Part shown: one piece after another, positions 9,815 through 19,266 of the stretch
Numbering within the stretch: the first letter of the stretch is position 1
How the letters are laid out: each line of letters starts with the position of its first letter
Assembly (NCBI GenBank): GCA_963700665.1
Contig: CAVOYK010000009.1
Location: 52,324 to 116,323, forward strand
Origin: an uncultured Actinomycetes bacterium
Lineage (GTDB): Bacteria; Actinomycetota; Coriobacteriia; Anaerosomatales; PHET01
Length of the DNA: 64,000 nucleotides
Direction of reading: 5' to 3'
Notes under the pieces: generated by a model
What the model saw: the letters and a program-made list of their open reading frames with translations, nothing else
What the model was told of the DNA's origin: nothing
The model's database searches: none
Program-made: the position numbers and the translations under genes

Positions 9815-11159
9815 CTAGCGCGCCACGAACGGCACGAAGCTGTCAGGATAGCCCTTCTCGGTGCACGCCATGCAGGGGTGACCAGCCGCGTGCAGTGACC
9901 GCCGGTCTTCTGACCGTTGGGGGCTAGGTTCGTCGTCGGACCGCCGTAGTTCCAGGCGTCCGGGTTCTCCGGCTGCTGGTTGTTCCAGCCGTGCATGCCA
10001 CACAGCGAGTTCGTCGCGGGGCCCTTGCATCCGATCTTCTGCAGGCAGCCGGGGTCGCCGGGCTTGGCCGCGAAGTCGCCCTTGACGTAGTCGCGATAGC
10101 GCGGGCAGTACGGGCCGTGGATCGGCGTGCCGTAGACCATCTTGAGGCGACGATCGCCGTCGATGGCGTTGGCGTTGAACGACAGGTCCTGGTTGACGAT
10201 GCCCAGAGGACCGTCGGTCGCCGCGAGCGGGCCGTTGACGAGGTCGACGAGGAACAGCACGACCGTGAGGGTGAACCACCACGGGTTGGTCGGGCAACCA
10301 GGAACGTTGACGACCTTGTTGGCGGCGGCCGTGTGGCCGTGCGCAACGAGGTAGTCGTAGGTGCCCATGGCACCGGTCTGCGACTGCAGCGGATCGAAGC
10401 CCGCGGTTGCAGCGCTGATCGGGGGCTTGCAGCCCGGATAGCCGCCGAAGGTGGCGCACTGACCGATCGGGATGACCGCGACGCAGGTCGCCTTGGTCGG
10501 CGAGCGTCGACGACCGTCTCGGCCATGTCGTGCTCGATCGGTGCCGTCGGCAGACATGCCGATGGAGCACCACGGAACGCTCGTGTCGCCGTGTCGCCCC
10601 ACGCGCCGCCACCGGCAGCGTCCTGAAGCGCACCCTCGACGACGAGCACGAACGGCCGTCGCCGGGTTGGGCCGCTGATCCGGGCACGTAGTTCCTGAAG
10701 TCCTCGAGCCACTGGGCCGCGAGGTCGCCGCCCATGCCCATGACGGTCTCGTGGTACTGCAGGTCGATGACGTCGACGACGACGTCGGCGATGTTCATCG
10801 CCGAGCTGTCGCCCTCGACGTTGTAGCCCGGTCGCGTGAAGCGTGAAGTCGCGCGCCACCGAGCTGCGTCGGCAGGATGCCCGCGCAGGCCCGCGGCCGC
10901 ACCTGTCGTGATGTCGGTGCCCTCGACCGCGATGCCGCCGGTGTCCTCGAAGATGCCGAGAAGCGACGTCGAACAGCCAGTGCACTCCGCGCCGTGGATC
11001 CAAACGACCCGCGGCTTGCCGAGCGTGCCGCCGAGATCGGTGCTGCCGGTGCCGAAGGCGAACGCTCTCGACGAGCTTCGAGACTTCGGCCTGGCTCATC
11101 CCGACGGCGGCGGCGAGCGCACCCAGGCGGGTGACGAACTGTCGCCTGGTTATAGCCAT
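9815..11159 (-). pseudogene. [NiFe]-hydrogenase small subunit, Tat-exported, no C-terminal membrane anchor; at least 4 frame changes
   Basis: ATG at 11159 follows GAAGGAGGAG. Twin-arginine leader MAITRRQFVTRLGALAAAVGMSQA. Manual translation gives VVWIHGAECTGCSTSLL. Later fragments give GQCATFGGYPG, NVPGCPTNPWW and GCKGPATNSLC, ending HPCMACTEKGYPDSFVPFVAR. Confidence 0.85.
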
Positions 11160-11456
11160 ACTCTCTCCTCCTTCACATTACTCGTGAACAGTCCTCAAAT
11201 TGCATACGTGCCCGTGACTCCGAGCGTGACGAGTAAGAAAACGCCACCTCCTTTCGATCCACAGCTCAGAGGACCGGATGGAGATGGCGCGTCATCGACG
11301 CTATGAAGGCTGCTGGCGGACCCTTACCCTTGCGACGACTAGACTGCAGCGAGGTATGAGACGTCTCCGACCAGGCGGGTCTTCGTGCCGGCTCCAACCC
11401 GTTGGTCCTTCTCGGAATACCCCTCCTTCTCGGGTAACGGTGCACGTGCGAACGAC

Positions 11457-11508
11457 TTGTAACAGAAGTTACAACTGAGACTCTAAGCCCTGCGACGCCC
11501 TGCGTCAA
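11457..11508 (-). promoter_or_regulatory. Putative sigma70-type promoter (TTGACG-17nt-TAGAGT) followed after 5 nt by palindrome TTGTAAC-N4-GTTACAA
   Basis: Read on the minus strand: -35 at 11508..11503, -10 at 11485..11480, perfect 7-4-7 palindrome at 11474..11457. It lies about 300 nt upstream of the hydrogenase small-subunit ATG in a visibly lower-GC 455-bp gap. Confidence 0.45.
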
Positions 11509-11614
11509 CACCGAATCTCCATCACGAGTCCAACAGTTCTCCGAACGACTTCTCAGCTCCACTCGCGCAATGCGCCCCCGAGGGCTCATGCCGACCCCGG
11601 GGGCGCCGTGACGT

Positions 11615-13137
11615 CTACTCTTCGATCGGACCGTCAGTGGGCTGGTCCGCCTTCTTCGTGAAGCGCTCGATGAACTCGACGCGGTTGACGACGTCGACTT
11701 CGAGCGTCTTGGCCAGACGCCGCAGCTCGGCGTCCTCGGTGGCGAAGACGCGCGAGCGCTGCGCAAGCGACAGGACGATCGCCTGCTCCTCGGTGATCTC
11801 GAGCTTCTCCACGAGCGCCCGGACGTCGGACTCCGAGTACTCCATCTCGGTGAGCAGCTCGCCATGTCGACGTCGTCCTGCGTGATGTCCTTGAGCCGCT
11901 CGTAGTCCTCGGCGGTCACGAACCACTCTGCGGTTGCGAGCAGGCATGAGATGCGCCTCCTCGTTGTCCACCATGATCTGGACGAAGTCCGCGGTGGCGA
12001 AGAACTTCTTCTTGCGCAGCAGCAGCAGCAGCGGCAGGAGCAGCAGCGGCAGCAGGCACCAGCCACCAGTTCTGCGGCAGGCGGGGAATCGGCACCGGGG
12101 AGACCTGGTCCGGCCAGCCCCACACCTGCACGCGCCCGTTGGCCGTGTCGGTGATGAAGATCTTGTTGCGCCCGCCGACGCTGACGCCGTTGGGATAGCT
12201 GAACTCGCCGTCGAGCACGCCCTGCTCGCCGAAGTTCACGAGCTTGTCGCCGTCGGACGACCACATCGTCCCGTCGTGTGCGAGCGTGTCGACCACGACG
12301 AAGCGCGCGGTCTTGGTGGTCTCGTCCGACGGGAACGGCGCCAGGAACGAGATGCCTCTCGGCAGACCCTGGGTCACGATGATGCGATCGAACTCTCCGT
12401 TCTTGTCGAAGACCTGCACGCGACGGTTGTTGCTGTCCGTCACGTAGACCTCGTCCGCGGCTGAACGCGATCCCGTTGGGGAACTGGAAGAGCTCGGGCC
12501 CTGCTCGGCATCGTCGACGATGCCCGAGCGTGCCCACCGACTTCTGGAACTCGCCGTCGGGGTTGAAGATGAGCAGCCGGTGGCCGTTGAGGATCTCGGT
12601 CACGTACATCGTCCCGTCGTCGCCGAACGCGATCGCGACCGGCGCCCACTGGACTCCCGCCGGTCTCGAACGTCGGGCAGCTCGTCCTTGGGCAGCTTGG
12701 GGTCGAACTCGCCGCAGGTACTTGCCCGTCGGGCTGAAGATGTGGATGGTGCGCGCGCGCCGGTCGGACACGTAGAAGTTGCCGTCCTTGGGGTTCTTGG
12801 CGATGTAGAGCGGGACGACCGTCTCAGACGTGCCGAAGCTCCGCAGGTAGTCCCCGTCGGGATTGAAGACGCCGATCGTGTGGCGCGCCGAGTCGACCAC
12901 GTAGACGTTGGCGCCGTCGGCGAGCACGCCGACCGGACGCTGCATCCGCTGATCGGCCGCGCCGCCGTTGAACGAGTAGAGGAACTGCGGCGGCTCGATG
13001 ATGTCGCCGCTGACCGGGGCGATGTCGAACCCGAGCTTCTGCGTGCTCTGGTAGTACCTGTAGTAGAGCGCAAGGAGCAGCAGCAACAGCAGCATCGTCA
13101 CGACTATCACGATCTTGCGCTTCTGTGCCTTGGTCAA
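11615..13137 (-). pseudogene. Membrane protein: N-terminal TM, extracytoplasmic NHL-repeat beta-propeller, second TM, ~130-aa cytoplasmic C-terminal domain; at least 5 frame changes
   Basis: TTG at 13137 follows GGAGG. Sequence begins MTKAQKRKIVIVVTMLLLLLLLALYY. NHL-like blades include VYVVDSARHTIGVFNPDGDYL, FYVSDRRARTIHIFSPTGKYL, MYVTEILNGHRLLIFNPDGEF and IFITDTANGRVQVWGW. The second TM (LLPLLLLPLLLL) is encoded by a (CAG/CTG)n run at 12017-12055, where one frame change occurs. The tail comes from ORF 11615..11974. Confidence 0.65.
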
Positions 13138-13174
13138 CTGAGCCTCCGGTTCGATCAGTCGACGGGCCGACTGG

Positions 13175-14323
13175 CTACTTCGATGCCTTCTTCAGTCGAG
13201 CGACTGTCTTCTTGAGATCCTCGTTGGCGGGGTCTTCCTTGAGTGCCTTCTGGTAGACCGCGAGCGCGTCTCGTGGGTGCTCGGACTCGATCTGAGCGAT
13301 GGCTGCGAGGACGGCAGCGTCCTTCGCATCGATCGCGAGCCCCTTGCGGTAGACCTCGAGTGCGTCCCGGAAGTCCTTGCGCGCCAAGAGCACCTCGCCG
13401 TGGGCCTTGACCGCTTCGACGCTCTTGGGATCGAGATTCGTCGCGATGAGCGCCGCGTCGAGCGCCTCGTCGATCGAGCCGGCTTCGAGCTCGCTGCGCG
13501 ACCGTTCAACCCAGTCGGACGAGGGGCCGAACGCCGCCAGCGCCTCCTGCGGCAGCTCCTCATCGGGAGCGAGGTTCGCGGCCTGGAAGAAATGGTACGA
13601 GGCGTTGACCTTGTCGCCCTTCTGCTCGTAGACCTGCCCGAGCGTGTAGTGCGCCTCGGCGAAGCCCGGATCGAACGCGAGGGCGAACTCGAGATTGGAG
13701 ATCGCCGCGTCGTAGTCTTCCAGACCGCGAAGCGCGCGCGCGAGGTAGCAGGTAGGTGTCCGAGGCGTCCTTCCGGATGCGCAGCGCGCCCTTGAAGTAG
13801 CCGGCCGCCTCCTCGTACTCCTCTTGCTGCAGCGTGATCACGCCCAGGTTGTACAGCGCATTCTCCCGGCGCTCGTCGACCTGCGAGAACTGGGCCGCCT
13901 TCGGTGAGCTCCAGGACCTTCTTGAAGTAGAGCTTGGCCTTGTCGTCCTGATCGTCGAGCATCGCCACCATGCCCAGATCGAGATAGGCCCCGATGTGCT
14001 TGGGGTCGATCTTGAGTGCGGCGTTGAACTGCTCGATCGCCTCGGGGTACTTGCCGGCAGCACCGAGCGCCTCGCCGAGCCTCACGCGCAGGATCACGTC
14101 GTTCGGCGACTTGCGTACCTGCGCCTCGAGGGCCTTGATGACTCGAGTGGGTGCGTTGGTCAGCTCCTGGCGCTGCATGTTCTGCCACACGCGTGTAGCC
14201 GAACCACGCCGGCCAAGCGCAACGACGGCGACCACGAGCGCGACAACGGCCACGTTCAGGCCGGTATCGAGACTCCTGGCGGGGCTCAGCTGGCTGCGGC
14301 ATCTCCTCGTACGCTTCAGTCAT
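13175..14323 (-). pseudogene. Membrane-anchored TPR-repeat protein; at least 4 frame changes
   Basis: ATG at 14323 (MTEAYEEMPQPAEP), TM helix VAVVALVVAVVAL, then repeated TPR units from ORFs 13192..14253, 13560..14063 and 13175..13393 (e.g. AIEQFNAALKIDPKHIGAYLDLG and ALEVYRKGLAIDAKDAAVL). Confidence 0.65.
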
Positions 14324-14406
14324 GCTCTCTGCAACCTCGATTCGTCTCTGGCGCGGAACGACAGAAGCCTGGCCGTGCCAAGCACGAGCACAGAGGTAGA
14401 TGCAAA

Positions 14407-16001
14407 CTAGACTCCAACGTCCGTGTGACAGCGAATACAGAGCGACGCGCCCTTGTAGGGGGCTATCTGCCGGTTGAACGGGTCGAGCGCACCGTGGCAA
14501 TCGTAGCAGAGCCGCAAGTCGTGCCCTTGCTGTGCAGCCGCCTTCTGGGCCGCCTCGACTCTCACCAAAGCTCACGTGACACTCGTAGCACTTGTAGGGC
14601 TTGCCCTTCTCTTTGGCAACGTTGAAGTGAACGGCGTGCTCGGCGATCCCCTTGTGCTGGATCGACGTCGCCGGCTTCTGCTTCGCGATCGGGTGACACG
14701 GCGACGCAGTTCTTCTCGACCAGCTCGGCGTTCTTCACGTTGCCGTGGTGGCAGTCTTGCAGCTCTTGCGGTCACGATGGCAGATGAAGCAGTCGCTCGA
14801 CTCCGACGCCCGGAGGCGGCCTGTGGTCGGCGATGAAGGCCGGCGTGTGCGGGACCACGGTCTGGTGACACCTCTGGCACGACGGGCCCGTGTGGCAGAC
14901 CCCGCACGTCCAGGAGCCCTCAAGGAAGAGCTTGCCGTGCTGGCTCCGCCACTTCGCGTCCTTGTGGTCGGCCGGGAATCACCGGCTTGTCGGGGGCGTA
15001 GGGTCCGCTCCCCTTGCCGTTGTGACAGTCGATGCAGAACTTCTCCCCGTGACACATCGCGCAGTACGCGGGGTCTTTGAGCGCTCTGTTCTTGTGCTTG
15101 CCCTTGGCGAACTTCTTCGTGTGGTTGGCGGGCTTGAGTTCGAACGACTTGGGGTGGCACTTGTCGCAGTCCTCTGTTGCGATCTGGCCGCCTCTCGCGT
15201 GCTGGAGTCCGTGACAGCGGTAGCACGACAGCATGTCGGGCGTCTGCACGCCGTCGGGGTTGTGCGGGAACTCCTGGTGACACGCCTCGCACTGGTAGTT
15301 GCGAACGAGGTGGTCGGCGTGGGCGAAGATCACCGTCCCGGGAGTGATCGCGTCGAGGTCGGGGTGACAGTACACGCACTGCGACATCGAGACCGGGCCG
15401 TCGGGGTAGATCTTGACCGACGGCGTCCTTGGGTCGCGGCTGGAACACCGTGTGGTAGGCGTCGGGCATCTCGGGTACGTCCGGCGCCTCGTCCGCATGA
15501 CACTCGTTGCAGTCGGTCGATGCGTTGTGGCACATCATGCACGAGTTGACTCCCTGCGCGATCGCCGGCCTTGGCATGAGGCTTCTTGGCCCAGTCGTCG
15601 CCGTGGTCCTTGGGACGCAGATCGAATGACTTGGTGTGGCAGTCCTTGCACTCGCTCGTGGCCAGCTCGCCTTGGGGGCCGTGCTCGACTCCGTGGCAGG
15701 CGAAGCACACCTCCATGGGGATGCGCTCGGTCACGCCGTCTCTGTGCGGCAAGCGCGAGTGGCAGCCGTCGCAGCTGACCAGCAGGTGGTTGCCGTGACT
15801 GAACTTCAGCCCGGGCACGTTCACCGATCCAAGATCCAGGTGACACGGTGCGCACTGTGTCGGCTCGACCGGCGCCGCTGTGTCGATCACCGGGTCCTCG
15901 GCGGCGTCTCCCATGGGCGCGGACGCAAGCAGGAAGGCGGCCGCGATAGCAATCGCGACCACCCCCCAGAGCAGTAGCCTTCTGTTGGTCCGGCGCAGCA
16001 A
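14407..16001 (-). pseudogene. Secreted multihaem c-type cytochrome with about 20 CxxCH motifs; at least 6 frame changes
   Basis: TTG at 16001, sequence MLRRTNRRLLLWGVVAIAIAAAFLLASA. Motifs by manual stitching of ORFs 15330..16001, 14735..15577 and 14920..15498 plus other frames: CAPCH, CDGCH, CFACH, CKDCH, CMMCH, CNECH, CVYCH, CEACH, CYRCH, CDKCH, CAMCH, CIDCH, CGVCH, CQRCH, CFICH, CKDCH, CVACH, CYECH, CYDCH, CIRCH. Stop is TAG at 14407. Confidence 0.7.
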
Positions 16002-16032
16002 CCCTGCCGCCCGTCTCCTTATGTTGCGACCC

Positions 16033-17344
16033 CTAGCCGCCGCCGGTGATTCGCGAAATCAGCTGCAGCAGCGGATTGTCCTGGGTCTTCTGCGCTTTCG
16101 TATGGATGAGCTCAGCAGCAGCCGCGCCAAACTGCTCGTTGGAGCCCTGATGGCATCCTTCTTTGCCGCACGTCTCCCCGACGTTGGCGGGATTGACGCT
16201 CGATTCGGGGTCTTCTTTGGACAGCACTTTGTGTGAGTTGTGGCAGTCCCAGCACGCCGGCGCGTCGGATGCGCCGGACTTGTACGCCCTGCCGTGGTAG
16301 TAGTCGTCGTAGGTGTCGTACTCGTCGCCGTGCTGCTTGCAGCGCGCGCACACGCGATACGAGGACATGTGCATCCGCTGCTTGGCGAGCTCGGTGTCGA
16401 GGCGGTAGATGTAGTGGCCGCCATGGCACGACCCGCACGTCGCCGAGTCGTAGTTGCCATCCTCGAGCGCCGCCGCATGGGTCGACTTGTTGTACGCCGG
16501 CACCACGTCGCTCAGGTTCTTCTCCTTCTGCTCCTCGTGACAGGCGCCGCACGCATCACTGGCGTTGACGGTCCACAGCTGACTCGCCTGCGCCTGGTCG
16601 TCGTAGCGGTAGTCGGGGTGGCACTCCTGACACGTGACGTCGGTGTGCGCCGAGGCGTTCAGGCCAACGACCTCGAACGACCTCATCCCGGTGGCCGAGC
16701 GCTTGTTGAGCGCGTCTCCGTGGCACGCAAGGCACCCGTCACCGGCGTTGTAGTCCCAGCTCGCGGGCGCCCAGACGACACCCTCTTGGTCGTGACACTC
16801 GGTGCACGACTCGGGCTTGTGGCACATCGCGCACCTGGTGTTGAACTCCTTCTCGGCGGGAGCCACGTGCTCCTTGCCTGCCCAGCCGTACGTGTGGAAG
16901 GCGGGACGCAGTCGCTCCTTGGGGGTGACGTGGCAGTCCTCGCATGCGTCAGAGGCGATGATGCCCATCGGCCCGTGCCGTACGCCGTGACAGTCGAAGC
17001 AGCCCTTCATGTCCGGCCGCTCGATCGTCGCGTCCGCTCTGTGAGGGAAGCGCGGGTGACAGGCGCTGCACGACACGAGCTGGTGATAGCCGTGCTGGAA
17101 GATGATCGACGACGAGTAGTTCTTCGTCTGCGCGATGTTGCCATGGCACGTCAGAGTGCACGCGTCCTTGTAGACCGGCGTGTCCTGAAGCGTCTGGAAG
17201 AGCTGCTCGAACGATTGCGGGTCGGCATCGGTGGGTGCCTCGGCGGCCATCGCGACGCTCGCACCGAGAACCGCCGGCGAACGCCAAAGCTGCGAGAGCG
17301 ACCCCGAGCATCCTGCCGAGGCGATGTCGGAACCTGATCGCCAT
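16033..17344 (-). pseudogene. Secreted multihaem c-type cytochrome (10 CxxCH plus CX3CH, CxxCK and CX4CH variants); 1 frame change in the signal peptide
   Basis: ATG at 17344, MAIRFRHRLGRMLGVALAALAFAG. After a 1-nt shift near 17270 it joins AVLGASVAMA-AEAPTD of ORF 16033..17559. Motifs: CTLTCH, CSACH, CFDCH, CEDCH, CAMCH, CTECH, CLACH, CQECH, CGACH, CGSCH, CARCK, CWDCH, CGKEGCH. Confidence 0.75.
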
Positions 17345-17387
17345 GTCGTCGTACCCCTTCTTCCCTGCGGAGCGGACCCCGCAAACG

Positions 17388-18307
17388 CTACTGGAACAAC
17401 GCTGCTATGTTCTCCAGCGCCGCCGAAATACCTTGCTTCGCCGAGTCGTAGAGTGCCCACAACGGGTTCTGCTCGAGAGCGTCTTGCTTGCCGTGAATCA
17501 GCTCGGCGTACTCCACGAACTCCTCGTTCACGTCCTGGTGGCAGCCCTCTTGCCCGCACGTCTCAACGAGATTGTCCGGGTGGACGGGCGAGGCCTTGTC
17601 GCTGGCGGGCAGAACCAGATGGGCGCCGTGACAGTCCCAGCAGGCTGGGGCGTCCCACGGAGCGCCCTCCCGATAGGCCGCACCGTGGTAGTAGTCGCTG
17701 TAGGTCTCGGCGCCGTCCGTGTGGCAGTCGCCACAGATCTCGATGCCATCCTTCTGGAACGCCACCTGTGCGGCAGTGTCCTCCTTCGACGGCACTGCGT
17801 GACCTCCGTGGCACCCGCCGCACGTCGGGATCTCGGTAGGCTTCCCCTCGGCCTCTCGCACTGCGGCCTGCTGCTCGGCCGTGACGTTGGGCGGGAGAAC
17901 CGGCGAGTGCGCGACCGCCGTTGATCTCATCCTTCTGCCCGACGTGGTCCTTGCAGCTCTGGCACGACGCTGTTTGCCACCGCCTTCCACGCGTAGCTGT
18001 CCCCCGCGTTCTCGTGCGGAGTCTTGAGCGCGAAGTCGACGTGGCAGCCCGTACACAGAGCCTCAGGGTGAGCCGACGCGTCCAAGACCACCTGGTCAAC
18101 GTAGAGCGACGACGTCGTCTCCGCGCTGGTCTGCTGCAGGCCGGGATCCCCATGGCACACCATGCAGCCGGACTTGCCGGCCGTGGGCAGCGTCCAGTCC
18201 AGGTTGTAGGTCCGGCTCGACTCCTTCGACGAAGCCGCGTACGCCGCACACGGCAGCAAGAGCAAGAACGCCGCAACCAAGACCACTATGGCGTGCCGTG
18301 CTCTCAC
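17388..18307 (-). pseudogene. Secreted multihaem c-type cytochrome, shorter paralogue of 16033..17344; 2 frame changes
   Basis: Signal peptide MRARHAIVVLVAAFLLLLPCAAYA. Motifs CMVCH, CTGCH, CQSCK (in a short frameshift-flanked segment), CGGCH, CGDCH, CWDCH, CGQEGCH. The C-terminal half aligns by eye with the neighbouring paralogue (YYHG.AY..G...APACWDCH). Confidence 0.7.
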
Positions 18308-18324
18308 GTGCGCGCGAACCTCCC

Positions 18325-19149
18325 TTATGCGTGTTCTGCCGACGCGTACGAGGGAGCCGGCTCGTGACCGTCTCCGCCGTGCTCGTCTTCGTCAGTGTGT
18401 GCAACTTTCCGGCCGAGACCGCTCATACCGAAGAAATCAAGGAACGCCGGGAAGTCCTCGGTGACCGAGAGGTACACGTGGATCGTGGTCAGGATGATGA
18501 AGAGCCAGTTCACGATGTAGTGGCCGGTCCGAACCCAGAAGATGCCCTCGGCGCCGATGAGTCCGGCGGAAAGCTGGTACAGACTCGCGTTGATGATCGG
18601 CAGCGGCAGACGCCACAGCATCAGACCCGTGATCGCCTGCACTATCAGAAGCGGCACGAACAGCGTGTAGGTGCCCTTCTGCATGACGTTGTACTTGCCG
18701 AGGTGGGGCTTGGAGGGCTTGACGAAGATGTAGTAGAGGATGACTTGGGGCGCGGTCGTGATGTCGCGCTTGGTGATCGCGAACTCCTTGTAGTCACGCT
18801 GCCGAGAGGCGAACGCGTACCACAGGCGCCAGATGAGGTTCACGATCACGATCCACATGAAGATGTAGTGGGCCCAGCGCATCGGAGTCCGGTTGAACTG
18901 GGGGAACCGGATGAGCAGGCCCGTGACGGCGAGCATGATCATGCTGAAGACGTGCATGAAGTGAAGGAACTTGGGCAGGAAGGGAGGATGGCTGTCGTGG
19001 TGAGGCCATTCCCACTGCTTGCCAAAGCGGCGCTTCGCGCGCCCGCTCAGGATATTGCCGATGAAGTGACACGACAACGCGATCAAGATGACCACGTAGA
19101 GCGACGTGAACACCACATCGAGCCAGACATTCAGTTGCGTCAGTCCCAT
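18325..19149 (-). CDS. Integral-membrane b-type cytochrome (Ni/Fe-hydrogenase CybH / FdnI-like family)
   Basis: Intact ORF with ATG at 19149 (MGLTQLNVW...). It has multiple TM helices with His residues (HFIGN, HFMH, HYIFMW, HYIVNW, IHVYL). It is the first gene of the cytochrome operon. Confidence 0.6.
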   Translation of the reverse strand: MGLTQLNVWLDVVFTSLYVVILIALSCHFIGNILSGRAKRRFGKQWEWPHHDSHPPFLPKFLHFMHVFSMIMLAVTGLLIRFPQFNRTPMRWAHYIFMWIVIVNLIWRLWYAFASRQRDYKEFAITKRDITTAPQVILYYIFVKPSKPHLGKYNVMQKGTYTLFVPLLIVQAITGLMLWRLPLPIINASLYQLSAGLIGAEGIFWVRTGHYIVNWLFIILTTIHVYLSVTEDFPAFLDFFGMSGLGRKVAHTDEDEHGGDGHEPAPSYASAEHA

Positions 19150-19266
19150 CGACTGACACCCCCTACTCCCGTGTCGCGCCCGGCCTGGGCATGATGACCC
19201 CTCAGCTCCCGTGGCGTGACTCCACCTAGCGACGCTGTCCGGGCGCCGAGATACGGGGCTGAAGGC

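Noticed and set aside
12017-12055. The (CAG/CTG)n microsatellite as a phase-variation switch.
   Set aside because: It encodes a poly-Leu TM helix, and a similar run encodes the first TM at 13075-13095. One frame change coincides with it, but the same gene has several others elsewhere. Slippage-prone sequence and assembly error is the simpler reading.
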